This document shows positions 11,408 to 19,595 of a DNA stretch of 64,000 nt, in pieces. The stretch lies in contig OZ243974.1 of the NCBI GenBank assembly GCA_965214775.1, positions 1,856,001 to 1,920,000 on the forward strand, written 5' to 3'. Position 1 is the stretch's first letter. Every line of letters starts with the position of its first letter. Under the pieces are notes generated by a model. It saw only the letters and a list, made by a program, of their open reading frames with translations. It had not been told where the DNA came from and ran no database searches. Origin of the DNA: Nitrosopumilus sp. Lineage in GTDB: Archaea > Thermoproteota > Nitrososphaeria > Nitrososphaerales > Nitrosopumilaceae. The translations under genes and the position numbers were made by a program.

Positions 11408-11818
11408 TGGGATGACTGCAATGCAACGGGGCAATCATGATGGGCGGCTCAACCAAGGAATGTCGGTGATTGGTTTGGCGTTGGGAAGCAAAGTATCTCG
11501 TATTACAAGTGCTATGAACCATGGAGATGTGTATATCATGGAATTTGCAAACTTGGAAACGGCTTGTTGTATGGGAAAATTTTGGAAATGGTCAGCCAAG
11601 CGAAAAGCAAATGAGATCTGTTGTTTTGTCTTGCCGGCGGGCATGGTTTGAGGCATCGCGTTTCTTGCCCATCTTGTTTTTGCTCGATTTTTTAGTGCTT
11701 TTCACTTGGCTGATGATTTGAAAATGGCTATATATGGCCCCCATCTACGCCTAATTGTTAAAAAATTGCCTAGTCTATCACGATTCACACCTGACAGATC
11801 AGCTGAAAGCTCTGACTT

Positions 11819-11854
11819 GCATGCATGCAAGCAAGCATGCAAGCATGCAAGCAA
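11819..11854. repeat. (GCAW)9 tetranucleotide repeat upstream of the Lsm gene
   Basis: gcat gcat gcaa gcaa gcat gcaa gcat gcaa gcaa read directly. Confidence 0.8.
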
Positions 11855-11877
11855 GAAAAAAAATGAGTGAATAGGGC

Positions 11878-12111
11878 ATGGCTGATGAAATCTCTACACT
11901 AATGGCCAATAGCAAAGACAAGGTCGTCTTACTCAGACTGAGAAACAGCAAAACCGTCCAAGGAACTCTAAAGGACTTTGACATTCACATGAACCTGACA
12001 TTAGACTGCGCAAAAGACATCACTGGTGAAGAACCGGTCTCAATCGGAAATATCCTGCTGCGCGGAGACAACATCCTCGCAATTTCCCTTCCTGAAGAAG
12101 AACCGTCCTAA
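11878..12111 (+). CDS. Sm-like (LSm) RNA-binding protein
   Basis: Sm1 GTLKDFDIHMNLTL and Sm2 ILLRGDNI motifs. Confidence 0.93.
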   Translation: MADEISTLMANSKDKVVLLRLRNSKTVQGTLKDFDIHMNLTLDCAKDITGEEPVSIGNILLRGDNILAISLPEEEPS

Positions 12112-12153
12112 ATTCGTGTCAAACATTAAATTTGATCTTGATCAATTTATTTT

Positions 12154-13341
12154 GTGATAGACCTTGTCCTTCTTTTGATTCCCCTGCTGGTATTTTCTGC
12201 ATTTGCAGAAGAAAAAATTCCTGATTATGACAAGCCCTTTGCGCCAATATTTACCGACAAGCCATCCTACAGCTGGACTGACAAAGTCAAAATTACGATT
12301 CTGGCGCCTAGCTGGAACACCAACAAAAATCTGATTGACTCGATTGGCGGTGTGAAATCCCACCCGATCAAAATTTCCACAGGCAAGCATTCTCTAGACC
12401 AGTACAGGTTTACTGAAACTGGAGCCAATTCTGGAGTCTTTTCAGCACAAGTTACACTGTCTGGCTTTCTGCATGATGCAAACGGCGATGGCAACTTTGA
12501 TACTGCCCCGAAAACTTCTGGAAGCGGACCAAATAACGGATTCCTAGAGGCAGACAGGGATTCTTCAGTCACCATATCCTTTGAGTTTGCCGACGGTGTT
12601 GTGCTGACCAAATCGGTTCCCGTCTCGTGGAACGTTGCAACAATCCAGTTTGCAAATGACGAGTTTTTTTCTAACGAGCAAATTGCCGTCAAAGTCGTTG
12701 ACGTTGACATGAATCTAAATCCCGAGGCGATTGATCAAGTACCAATTCAACTCTACTCCGGCTCTGATGCTGCGGGAACTGTTCTTGATGCTACTGAAAC
12801 CTCGGAAAATTCCGGAGTTTTTGTAGGGACGATTTCCTTGTCTCAAAGTTCCACTTCGGGTGGAGGCAGACTGTATTCTGTACCAGGTGATCAGGTTTTT
12901 GCAAAATATGACGACTATACCCTTCCCAAACCATATTCTATGTCTGATAGTGTCAAACTAGTAACCTCGGCACGGATTGACTCGTCAATTCCCCCTATTG
13001 AAAGAATTGGCAATTCACCTGTCAAATTATCTGATAGTTTTGGAAACGAACTGAACTCTTTTTCAACAAATAACCAGTTGCAGATTGTCGGCACCATAAC
13101 AAACACGCAGGAGCATAAGCAAAGTTTTGTTTACTTTTTCCAGGTAAAAAATTCTGATGGCTCCACTGAATCCATTGCATGGATAAGAGGGGAACTAAAC
13201 GCACATCAGACGCTTGACGTCTCACATTCATGGATCCCCAAAAAATCCGGCGACTATGAAATCCAGACATATGTTTGGAATTCAATAGGTGATCCTACCG
13301 CATTAGGGCCAGAGATGTCTGCTGCGATTAGCGTAAACTAA
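12154..13341 (+). CDS. Secreted thaumarchaeal hypothetical protein with Ig-like folds
   Basis: Signal-peptide-like N-terminus, repeated ETGxNSGVF motif, C-terminal SWIPKKSGDYEIQTYVW. Confidence 0.75.
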   Translation: MIDLVLLLIPLLVFSAFAEEKIPDYDKPFAPIFTDKPSYSWTDKVKITILAPSWNTNKNLIDSIGGVKSHPIKISTGKHSLDQYRFTETGANSGVFSAQVTLSGFLHDANGDGNFDTAPKTSGSGPNNGFLEADRDSSVTISFEFADGVVLTKSVPVSWNVATIQFANDEFFSNEQIAVKVVDVDMNLNPEAIDQVPIQLYSGSDAAGTVLDATETSENSGVFVGTISLSQSSTSGGGRLYSVPGDQVFAKYDDYTLPKPYSMSDSVKLVTSARIDSSIPPIERIGNSPVKLSDSFGNELNSFSTNNQLQIVGTITNTQEHKQSFVYFFQVKNSDGSTESIAWIRGELNAHQTLDVSHSWIPKKSGDYEIQTYVWNSIGDPTALGPEMSAAISVN

Positions 13342-13343
13342 AA

Positions 13344-13425
13344 GAGGCCCTATGCATAATCGGCCTGAATAAGATGAATCCGTCCGTAGTGATTTTAGAT
13401 CTGAACCGATTACGCATAAAGTCTA
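13344..13425. mobile_element. 82-bp MITE (TAGACTTTATGCGTAATCG-ended family)
   Basis: Imperfect 20-bp terminal inverted repeats; second 82-bp copy at 26230-26411. Confidence 0.65.
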
Positions 13426-13510
13426 TCTGATTAAAAAAATGATCGGTTCTCAACTGCACGCACCGTCAAAAAAGCACCACTGACATGTCTGCAAAAAACC
13501 ATCTTGTAAA

Positions 13511-14476
13511 TCACGGTCTCAGGAGCACCTTCATGACACCTGGCGCTTGCGCACGCTCAAGGGCCTGCCTGATCTCCGCTAACGGATATACAGAGTCGAC
13601 CAAGTCAGATACTGGGATGGCTTTGTTGGATAGCGCCTTGATTGCAGGCCGGAACGGGCCGCATCGGGAGCCGACCATGGTGACCTCGTTTACAACCGCA
13701 GGGGTCAGATCCAGGTCCTTTCGTGAGGCAATGGTGGATTTCAGGACCATGGTCCCGCGTGGCTTGACGATCCTTACGGCATCGCCGAATCCGGAAGGAC
13801 TGCCCGTGGCCTCGACTACCAGGTCAAAGCCGTGCTCGTCTGGTATGCCGATGCCCGTTTTTGCATGCATGCCGAGCCTTTCCAGCCGCCGGAGCTTGCC
13901 TGGGTGATGGCCAAAGCATGTCACGTCCGAGGAAGAAGACATCCCTAGCACCATTGCGACTAGCTGTGCAAGCCGCCCGTCTCCTACAACGGCAATCCTC
14001 CAGTCAGGCCGGATCCGGACCTGCTCTTTGATCTCAAATGCAGCTGCAAGTGGCTCGACGAAGACTGCCTGCTCGTCTGAGACGGTATCGGGCACGGCGT
14101 GCAGGTTTTTTGCGGGCAGCGACAGGTATTCTGCAAAGGCCCCGTTCCTGTTCAGAATTCCCAGGACTGTGCGACGTGGGCAGTGCCGTTCCATGCCTCT
14201 TGCACAGGAATCGCATTGCCCGCACGCGACATTGATTTCACCCACGACCCTTCTGCCAATCAGATCCGGGTTTTCTGACGTTTCGACCACGCCGACGAAC
14301 TCGTGTCCCAGTATTCCGCGATAACCCATGTATCCATGCAGGATCTCCAGGTCGGTTCCACAGATTCCTGCCAAGGTTACTCTGACCAGCGACTCGCCGG
14401 GCTCGGGCTCGGGAAATTTGGAACCATACTGCATCTGCCTGCCGTCAAAGATGGCTGCCCTCACAAATGTGGTCAC
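13511..14476 (-). CDS. Zinc-dependent MDR-family alcohol dehydrogenase-like protein
   Basis: GICGTD, GHEFVG, CGQCDSC...C zinc motifs, EPLAAA, VVEATG. Confidence 0.9.
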   Translation of the reverse strand: MTTFVRAAIFDGRQMQYGSKFPEPEPGESLVRVTLAGICGTDLEILHGYMGYRGILGHEFVGVVETSENPDLIGRRVVGEINVACGQCDSCARGMERHCPRRTVLGILNRNGAFAEYLSLPAKNLHAVPDTVSDEQAVFVEPLAAAFEIKEQVRIRPDWRIAVVGDGRLAQLVAMVLGMSSSSDVTCFGHHPGKLRRLERLGMHAKTGIGIPDEHGFDLVVEATGSPSGFGDAVRIVKPRGTMVLKSTIASRKDLDLTPAVVNEVTMVGSRCGPFRPAIKALSNKAIPVSDLVDSVYPLAEIRQALERAQAPGVMKVLLRP

Positions 14477-14513
14477 TTCTCCTCTGGTTTTAAACTAGAC
14501 GCATAGCACAGTC

Positions 14514-15335
14514 GTATGAGTTTACCCCTCAGGCGACGTTTCCAGTCAGGGTCTTGGCGACCATTTCACTCACGCTGCAACCTTGGGCGCGCCAGTTCAC
14601 TGCTCAGGCCTATGTGGCCTTACCGCACCCCGGCAGATGCAGGTCATATCTGCAGTTTTGATTTTATCTTGATTATGTCGTTTTCTATCCTCTCGAACCG
14701 AGAGTCAAGCATCTCGTGGATGTTGGATGAAAGATCTCGGATCTCCGTTATGGTCTGATCCTGCTTGTTGAGCATCTGATCCTGCTTGTCGAGCATCTGT
14801 CTCTGCCCTGCGGCAATGTCATTCAGGTACATGGCCTCGGTAGCAAAGCCCTCGACAATCTCGCTTTCCATGTTTCTGCCACTATCCTGAATGTCTTGAA
14901 CCTTCCGGTACCCTCTGAGTACTGCACGTCGATGTCATCTACCTGCACCGGCTCTTTGCTGTCCCTTATTGAGGCGACAAGCCCCTCAATGTCCTCCCTT
15001 TTGCCCTCGCACTCTATCATGACCGTGCCGTCATCAAGGTTCTCGACGTGTCCGGTGATTCTCCGGCGGCCTGCCTCGCTCCTTACCCGGTAGCGAAAAC
15101 CGACGCCTTGGACGATTCCGCTTACGTGTATCCGTGCAGCATGTCGCATGTTCTCATGTGTGGTACGTCGTTATTATATTCTACACGCAGGGCGGGGGCA
15201 AACTCTTGCCCGGCCGGCAGTGCCATAGTGCGTGCAGTTGAAAATCGAATATTTTTTTGGCAAAACAGGCACGATGTGACAAAATTATATTCCATTTTTT
15301 GATGTTGGTACTACGCCTGAGGGGTAAACTCTTTT
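14514..15335. mobile_element. Non-autonomous IS66-ended cassette with an acylphosphatase passenger gene
   Basis: Perfect 18-bp IR GAGTTTACCCCTCAGGCG (14518-14535 / 15314-15331); 8-bp TSD GCACAGTC (14506-14513 / 15336-15343); no transposase. Confidence 0.88.
14644..15149 (-). pseudogene. Acylphosphatase with C-terminal coiled coil, split by a frameshift near 14875
   Basis: VSGIVQGVGFR and GHVENLDDGTV motifs in 14823-15149; continuation MESEIVEGFAT...KQDQML in 14644-14871. Confidence 0.8.
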
Positions 15336-15338
15336 GCA

Positions 15339-15457
15339 CAGTCTTCTGGGAACTTCCCCACAAGACGGCTTCAAACCCAAAACAGTTCATGTCAGGCTGC
15401 TGCAGGTTCGCATGCCCCGTCTGCATCACCATTGGGCCGGCTGCTTCTTAAAGACTG
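15339..15457. mobile_element. About 120-bp MITE (CAGTCTTCCC-ended family), degenerate
   Basis: Aligns to the reverse complement of 23919-24039; CAGTCTT...AAGACTG ends. Confidence 0.65.
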
Positions 15458-15635
15458 GAGAACTTCAGCCAAGTGAAGTAAATGAGGTCTGTTGCTTTGT
15501 AATGATATTGAGGCATCGTGCCTCCTGCCCAGCTTCTGTTTTTACTTGATTTCTCAGTACTTTTCACTTGGCTGAAGAACTTTTCAATAAACCTATAAAG
15601 CCCTGATATGACGATCGTCATAAGTAAGAAGAAAA

Positions 15636-15959
15636 ATGAGTAAGATACTTGAAAAGTCACTGAAGGATGCCCTAAAAGAGAACAAGTTGACAATGGGCGC
15701 CAAACAAGTTTTGAACTCTGTAAAAGACTCCAAACTAATTGTATTGTCCCAATCCGTTGAGGAAGAATTGTCCGAGAAAATCGAATCCGATGCAAAAAAA
15801 GAAAAAATACCGCTGGTAAACTTCCAGGGAACATCAGTCGCACTAGGCAGACTATGTGGCTTACAATTTAGAATTTCAACAATTTCATTTACATCAATCC
15901 CTGATACAAACATCAAATCAATCCTTAAAGACACAGAAGCTGAGGAAAAAAATGACTAG
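15636..15959 (+). CDS. rpl30e: Ribosomal protein L30e
   Basis: L7Ae/L30e pattern MGAKQVL...GTSVALGRLCG; lies upstream of nusA. Confidence 0.88.
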   Translation: MSKILEKSLKDALKENKLTMGAKQVLNSVKDSKLIVLSQSVEEELSEKIESDAKKEKIPLVNFQGTSVALGRLCGLQFRISTISFTSIPDTNIKSILKDTEAEEKND

Positions 15960-16035
15960 CTGCAGTTGTCGTCCTAGTACGTTTCATGAAAGTTTAAATG
16001 AGACATTTTTTGTTCGGAGTTAAAAAGGAATTCTT

Positions 16036-16500
16036 ATGACACAATCCATCAAACTGACAACCGATCAAATGCGCATGATGTCCCTTTTCCAAAACGTCAC
16101 CGGCGCAACGGCGCGCGACTGCGTTGAGGATGAAAAACAGGACAGGGTGATCTTTGTTGTAAACACGGGAAAGATGGGACTGGCAATCGGAAGGGGCGGC
16201 ACCCACATCAAGTCGCTTCAAAACATTGTAAAGAGAAACGTCGAACTAGTTGAGTTTGACGAGGATCCCGCAAAATTTTTGTCCAACCTGCTAAACTCAA
16301 AACTGGTCTCCGAGGTAAAAATAGGCAAGCGGGCCGATGGCTCAAAGCAGGCAATAGTTGTCGTAGACCCGCGCAAAAAGGGAATTGTAGTAGGAAGGGA
16401 AGGCAGAAATGCCGAAAAGGCAAGGATGCTTGCAAAGCGATACTTTGACATTGCCAGCGTACTGATTAACAGCCCTGAAAAGGCAACACTGGAGATGTAG
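16036..16500 (+). CDS. nusA: Archaeal NusA (KH domains)
   Basis: GKMGLAIGRGG and KGIVVGREGRN KH motifs. Confidence 0.93.
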   Translation: MTQSIKLTTDQMRMMSLFQNVTGATARDCVEDEKQDRVIFVVNTGKMGLAIGRGGTHIKSLQNIVKRNVELVEFDEDPAKFLSNLLNSKLVSEVKIGKRADGSKQAIVVVDPRKKGIVVGREGRNAEKARMLAKRYFDIASVLINSPEKATLEM

Positions 16501-16503
16501 GAA

Positions 16504-16941
16504 CTGAGAAAATCACCGCTTGGACTGTTTGCAGGAAGGGTCTTGACAACCAAGAAAAAGAGACAGCGCTGGGCGATCTCTACTTACAAACGAAGGGAGC
16601 TTGGCATTGACAAAAAGGCAGATCCCTTGGGCGGTGCCCCGCAGGCAAGAGGCATAGTCTTAGAAAAAGTCGGAATCGCGGCAAAACAGCCAAACTCCGC
16701 TGTGAGAAAGTGCGTCAGAGTACAGTTGATTAAAAACGGCAAGACCGTCACCGCATTCCTTCCACGGGACGGCGCGATGAACTTTATTGACGAGCACGAC
16801 GAGGTTCACATCCAGGGAATGGGCGCCACCCAGGGCGGCGCAATGGGGGACATTCCCGGCGTCAGGTTCAAGGTTTTCAAGGTAAACGGCACGTCACTGC
16901 ACGAACTGGTAATCGAAAAGAAGGAAAAGCCAAGGAGATAG
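16504..16941 (+). CDS. rps12: 30S ribosomal protein S12 (uS12), probable CTG start
   Basis: [16 protein letters not shown] and [10 protein letters not shown]; frame extends to CTG 16504 giving [11 protein letters not shown]. Confidence 0.95.
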   Translation: MRKSPLGLFAGRVLTTKKKRQRWAISTYKRRELGIDKKADPLGGAPQARGIVLEKVGIAAKQPNSAVRKCVRVQLIKNGKTVTAFLPRDGAMNFIDEHDEVHIQGMGATQGGAMGDIPGVRFKVFKVNGTSLHELVIEKKEKPRR

Positions 16942-16945
16942 GGAA

Positions 16946-17545
16946 ATGGCACAGACAAAAAACCTATTGTTGTTCAGAAAGTGGGATCTGTCTGACATTG
17001 AAGTCCGGGATCCCGGACTAAAGACTGCGATCTCGCTAAGAAAGCAGATCCTTCCGTACACATACGGCCGCTCTGCACTAAAACGGTTCAACAAGGCCGA
17101 CGTCAACATTGTTGAGCGCCTGATAAACAAAACAATGCACTTTGGAAAAAAATACGCGAAAAACACCGGAAGAATGACTGGAAAGAAAACCAAGGTTCTC
17201 AATACCGTAAAAACCGCGTTTGATATCATTGCCCTAAAGACCGGAAAGAACCCTGTTGAAGTCTTGGTCAGGGCAGTAGAATTTTCTGCCCCAAACGAGG
17301 ATACCACCAGGATTGTCTATGGCGGGACAGTTTACCATGTCTCAGTCGACGTGGCTCCGATCAGGCGGGTCGACCTGGCACTCAAATTCATCTCTGATGC
17401 AATCAAGGAGGCCACCTTCTCAAACCCAAAACCCATTGAGGAGCATATGGCCGAACAGCTGATCCTTGCGTCATCAAATGATCCTGCCGCCCATTCTGTC
17501 AAGAAAAAGAACGAGCTAGAGCGTATCGCCCAGGCTTCCAGATAG
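16946..17545 (+). CDS. rps7: 30S ribosomal protein S7
   Basis: VNIVERLINK, VDVAPIRRVDLAL, ELERIAQASR. Confidence 0.96.
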   Translation: MAQTKNLLLFRKWDLSDIEVRDPGLKTAISLRKQILPYTYGRSALKRFNKADVNIVERLINKTMHFGKKYAKNTGRMTGKKTKVLNTVKTAFDIIALKTGKNPVEVLVRAVEFSAPNEDTTRIVYGGTVYHVSVDVAPIRRVDLALKFISDAIKEATFSNPKPIEEHMAEQLILASSNDPAAHSVKKKNELERIAQASR

Positions 17546-17554
17546 AATTTTTAG

Positions 17555-17645
17555 TAGCCCGAGGCAGATTCGAACTGCCGTCTCTGCCTATATCCACTTT
17601 GTAAGATCCAGAGGGCAGAATCCTTGACCGCTAGACTATCGGGCT
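17555..17645 (-). tRNA. tRNA-Gln(CTG) with an 18-nt intron at 37/38
   Basis: Reverse complement folds: AGCCCGA/TCGGGCT acceptor stem, CTGCC-CT-CTG-G[ATCTTACAAAGTGGATAT]A-GGCAG anticodon arm, GGCAG-TTCGAAT-CTGCC T arm. Confidence 0.92.
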
Positions 17646-17697
17646 GCTTGAAGAAATTTTCAAATAAAGGAATATAACCATTTGCCGCTGCTGATTG

Positions 17698-18030
17698 CTA
17701 TTTTGATCTTGCCTCATGGATTGCAGTTGCATAATCGCAGTCTGCCTTTAATCTCATGTATGGAATTAGCCTGAAATGAATCGAATAGATCTTCCCCTCT
17801 TTTCTGATGATGCCCTTTTGCATCAGTGAGACGAGGCCCCTTGACGGAATGCTTATCGGGATGTTTTTTTCATCGCAAACCTGATCACGCTTTTTTTGAA
17901 ACTGCCTTAAAGAAAACGCCACGTCGTTTAACTCCAAAATCAACGGCCAAACAATCTGGCTCCAAACAAACCTCCTGTTCTCTGTTGCAGACGCATACTT
18001 GCCTTTTCCGCTCAACATTAATAACATCAC
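17698..18030 (-). CDS. Hypothetical protein, winged-helix-like
   Basis: 110-aa ORF with SRGLVSLMQKGIIRKEGKIYSI wing pattern. Confidence 0.65.
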   Translation of the reverse strand: MMLLMLSGKGKYASATENRRFVWSQIVWPLILELNDVAFSLRQFQKKRDQVCDEKNIPISIPSRGLVSLMQKGIIRKEGKIYSIHFRLIPYMRLKADCDYATAIHEARSK

Positions 18031-18053
18031 CAGGTCATGTTATAACTTGATAG

Positions 18054-18758
18054 TTGCCTCAAAACGAAATTAAAGAATCGCTGGATTTGCTTGAAAAGGA
18101 CTGGGATGTCGATCCGGTTTTAAAAAGCTTCATGCTTGGAAGGATAACTGATGCAAGTGATCACACAGTCAAGGTCAGGGATGTCGTCTTTCATGTCCCG
18201 TATCTGAGATCCGAAAAAAAATTCATCCTGTGGAAATGCCACTGGCCTGACTGCCACAACTGCTGTGACAGGCAGGGACGTCTGCCGCTGACCTCCGATG
18301 ACCTGATCACGATTGGCAGGGGGCTAAAGTATCAGAGACCTTCCGAGTTTGTAAAAAATGACACCCTGACTGTGACATATCAGGAGCCGGGACCCTCCGG
18401 ACAGGTGATTACGATGACTACGATCAACCTGAAAAGAAAGAAAGACGAGACAGAGGCCGATGACGGCACTCGTATTCCTTGCCGGTTTTTGGATGATGAG
18501 GGCGGCTGCAGCATGCATCCTGACAGGCCCGGAGTCTGCTATCTTTATCCGTTCTCGACATGGCTTGAAAATGAGCAGGGAACAGCCAGGGTGCATGCTG
18601 CCTACCAGTTTACAGGCGACTGTCCGGGATTCTACCTTGCCGAAGACCTGGATCCCATGAAAGAGGAATTCAAAGAGTACTCGAAAATAATTTTTGACTA
18701 TAACATGGCATCAAACAGAACCGGCAGGGAGGGTCTTGGCTCGGCATCTTTTGGCTAG
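18054..18758 (+). CDS. YkgJ-family cysteine-cluster (Zn/Fe-chelating) protein
   Basis: CHWPDCHNCC and CRFL...CSMHPDRPGVCYLYPF. Confidence 0.88.
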   Translation: MPQNEIKESLDLLEKDWDVDPVLKSFMLGRITDASDHTVKVRDVVFHVPYLRSEKKFILWKCHWPDCHNCCDRQGRLPLTSDDLITIGRGLKYQRPSEFVKNDTLTVTYQEPGPSGQVITMTTINLKRKKDETEADDGTRIPCRFLDDEGGCSMHPDRPGVCYLYPFSTWLENEQGTARVHAAYQFTGDCPGFYLAEDLDPMKEEFKEYSKIIFDYNMASNRTGREGLGSASFG

Positions 18759-18769
18759 GCTTTTGCCAC
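18733..18769 (+). repeat. Left copy of a 37-bp direct repeat bounding the island (right copy 22685-22721)
   Basis: gtcttggctcgg(c/t)at(c/a)ttttggctaggcttttgccac, 35/37 identical. Confidence 0.85.
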
Positions 18770-18896
18770 GTCAGTACTTCCTAGATGTGCTTTTGCAGAC
18801 CCGGCACGCCATAGCCGCTAACTTCGTTTACGCATAAGATCTTCTCCAAATTACGTAATTACCGTGCCTGTAAAAGTACACCTAGGAACTACTGAC
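18770..18896. mobile_element. 127-bp MITE, copy 1
   Basis: Imperfect 25-bp TIR GTCAGTACTTCCTAGATGTGCTTTT; identical to 22522-22648. Confidence 0.85.
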
Positions 18897-19020
18897 GTAT
18901 GAGGGCGCGTAAGAGACTGGCTCAGAGTAGGCGGACAACGAAATGCCACATCATCGAGGGCGAGTGGGAGTTTTCCGTTCAGTTGGGCACACACACTTTG
19001 ATCAGCAGGGAGGTGATATA

Positions 19021-19272
19021 ATGATCAACGTAGGAATAGATGTTAATAAAAAGACGCGTGTAGCGGCCATCAAGAACCCGGCTGCAGGGATTCTGGAACA
19101 GGCAGAGTTTTCCAACACAGCCGACGGAACAAGGATGGCAGTCGTGGCCAGAACGCTGGCAAAGGTGATCTGGCACGTGCTGGCTGATGAAACCGAATAC
19201 CGCACACAAAACAAAGATCTCACGGAGAGAAAGTATAAAATGATTGAGTGTCTAGTAAATACGTCTGACTGA
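19021..19272 (+). pseudogene. Internally deleted IS110 transposase
   Basis: N-terminal VGIDVNKK...EFSNTADG joined directly to C-terminal AVVARTLAKVIWHVL; SD-like GGAGGTGA upstream. Confidence 0.75.
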
Positions 19273-19320
19273 GAAACGCACACTCGCAGCGGCCCGTGCA
19301 GGGAACCAGAATAATTTGAT

Positions 19321-19411
19321 ATGAGAGTTTACCCCTCAGGCGACATTGCTGGCCGGAGCCTTGATCACCGTGCCTACCACGTCGTATTTTCGGGAGGGGG
19401 TAAACTCCTAC
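19321..19411. mobile_element. 91-bp IS66-type MITE
   Basis: GAGTTTACCCC...GGGGTAAACTC ends; homologous to 26248-26338 and 49078-49168. Confidence 0.8.
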
Positions 19412-19595
19412 GTTCTCCTTGGGACACGTCGGGTGTTGGAAATCTCAGATTTTGAAGACTTAAAAACAGCAGGGTAGTATCAGTTTGTTGCATAACCCTT
19501 CCTAAAATTTGAAATCTGACTGAAAATCACCGGAATGATCAACTAATTCTGACCGAAAAAGTAATGGATCATGAGGATGCCTCGTATGGTATACA

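Noticed and set aside
14860-14890. Programmed frameshift in the acylphosphatase gene
   Set aside because: No slippery heptamer; a single-base deletion or sequencing error is simpler
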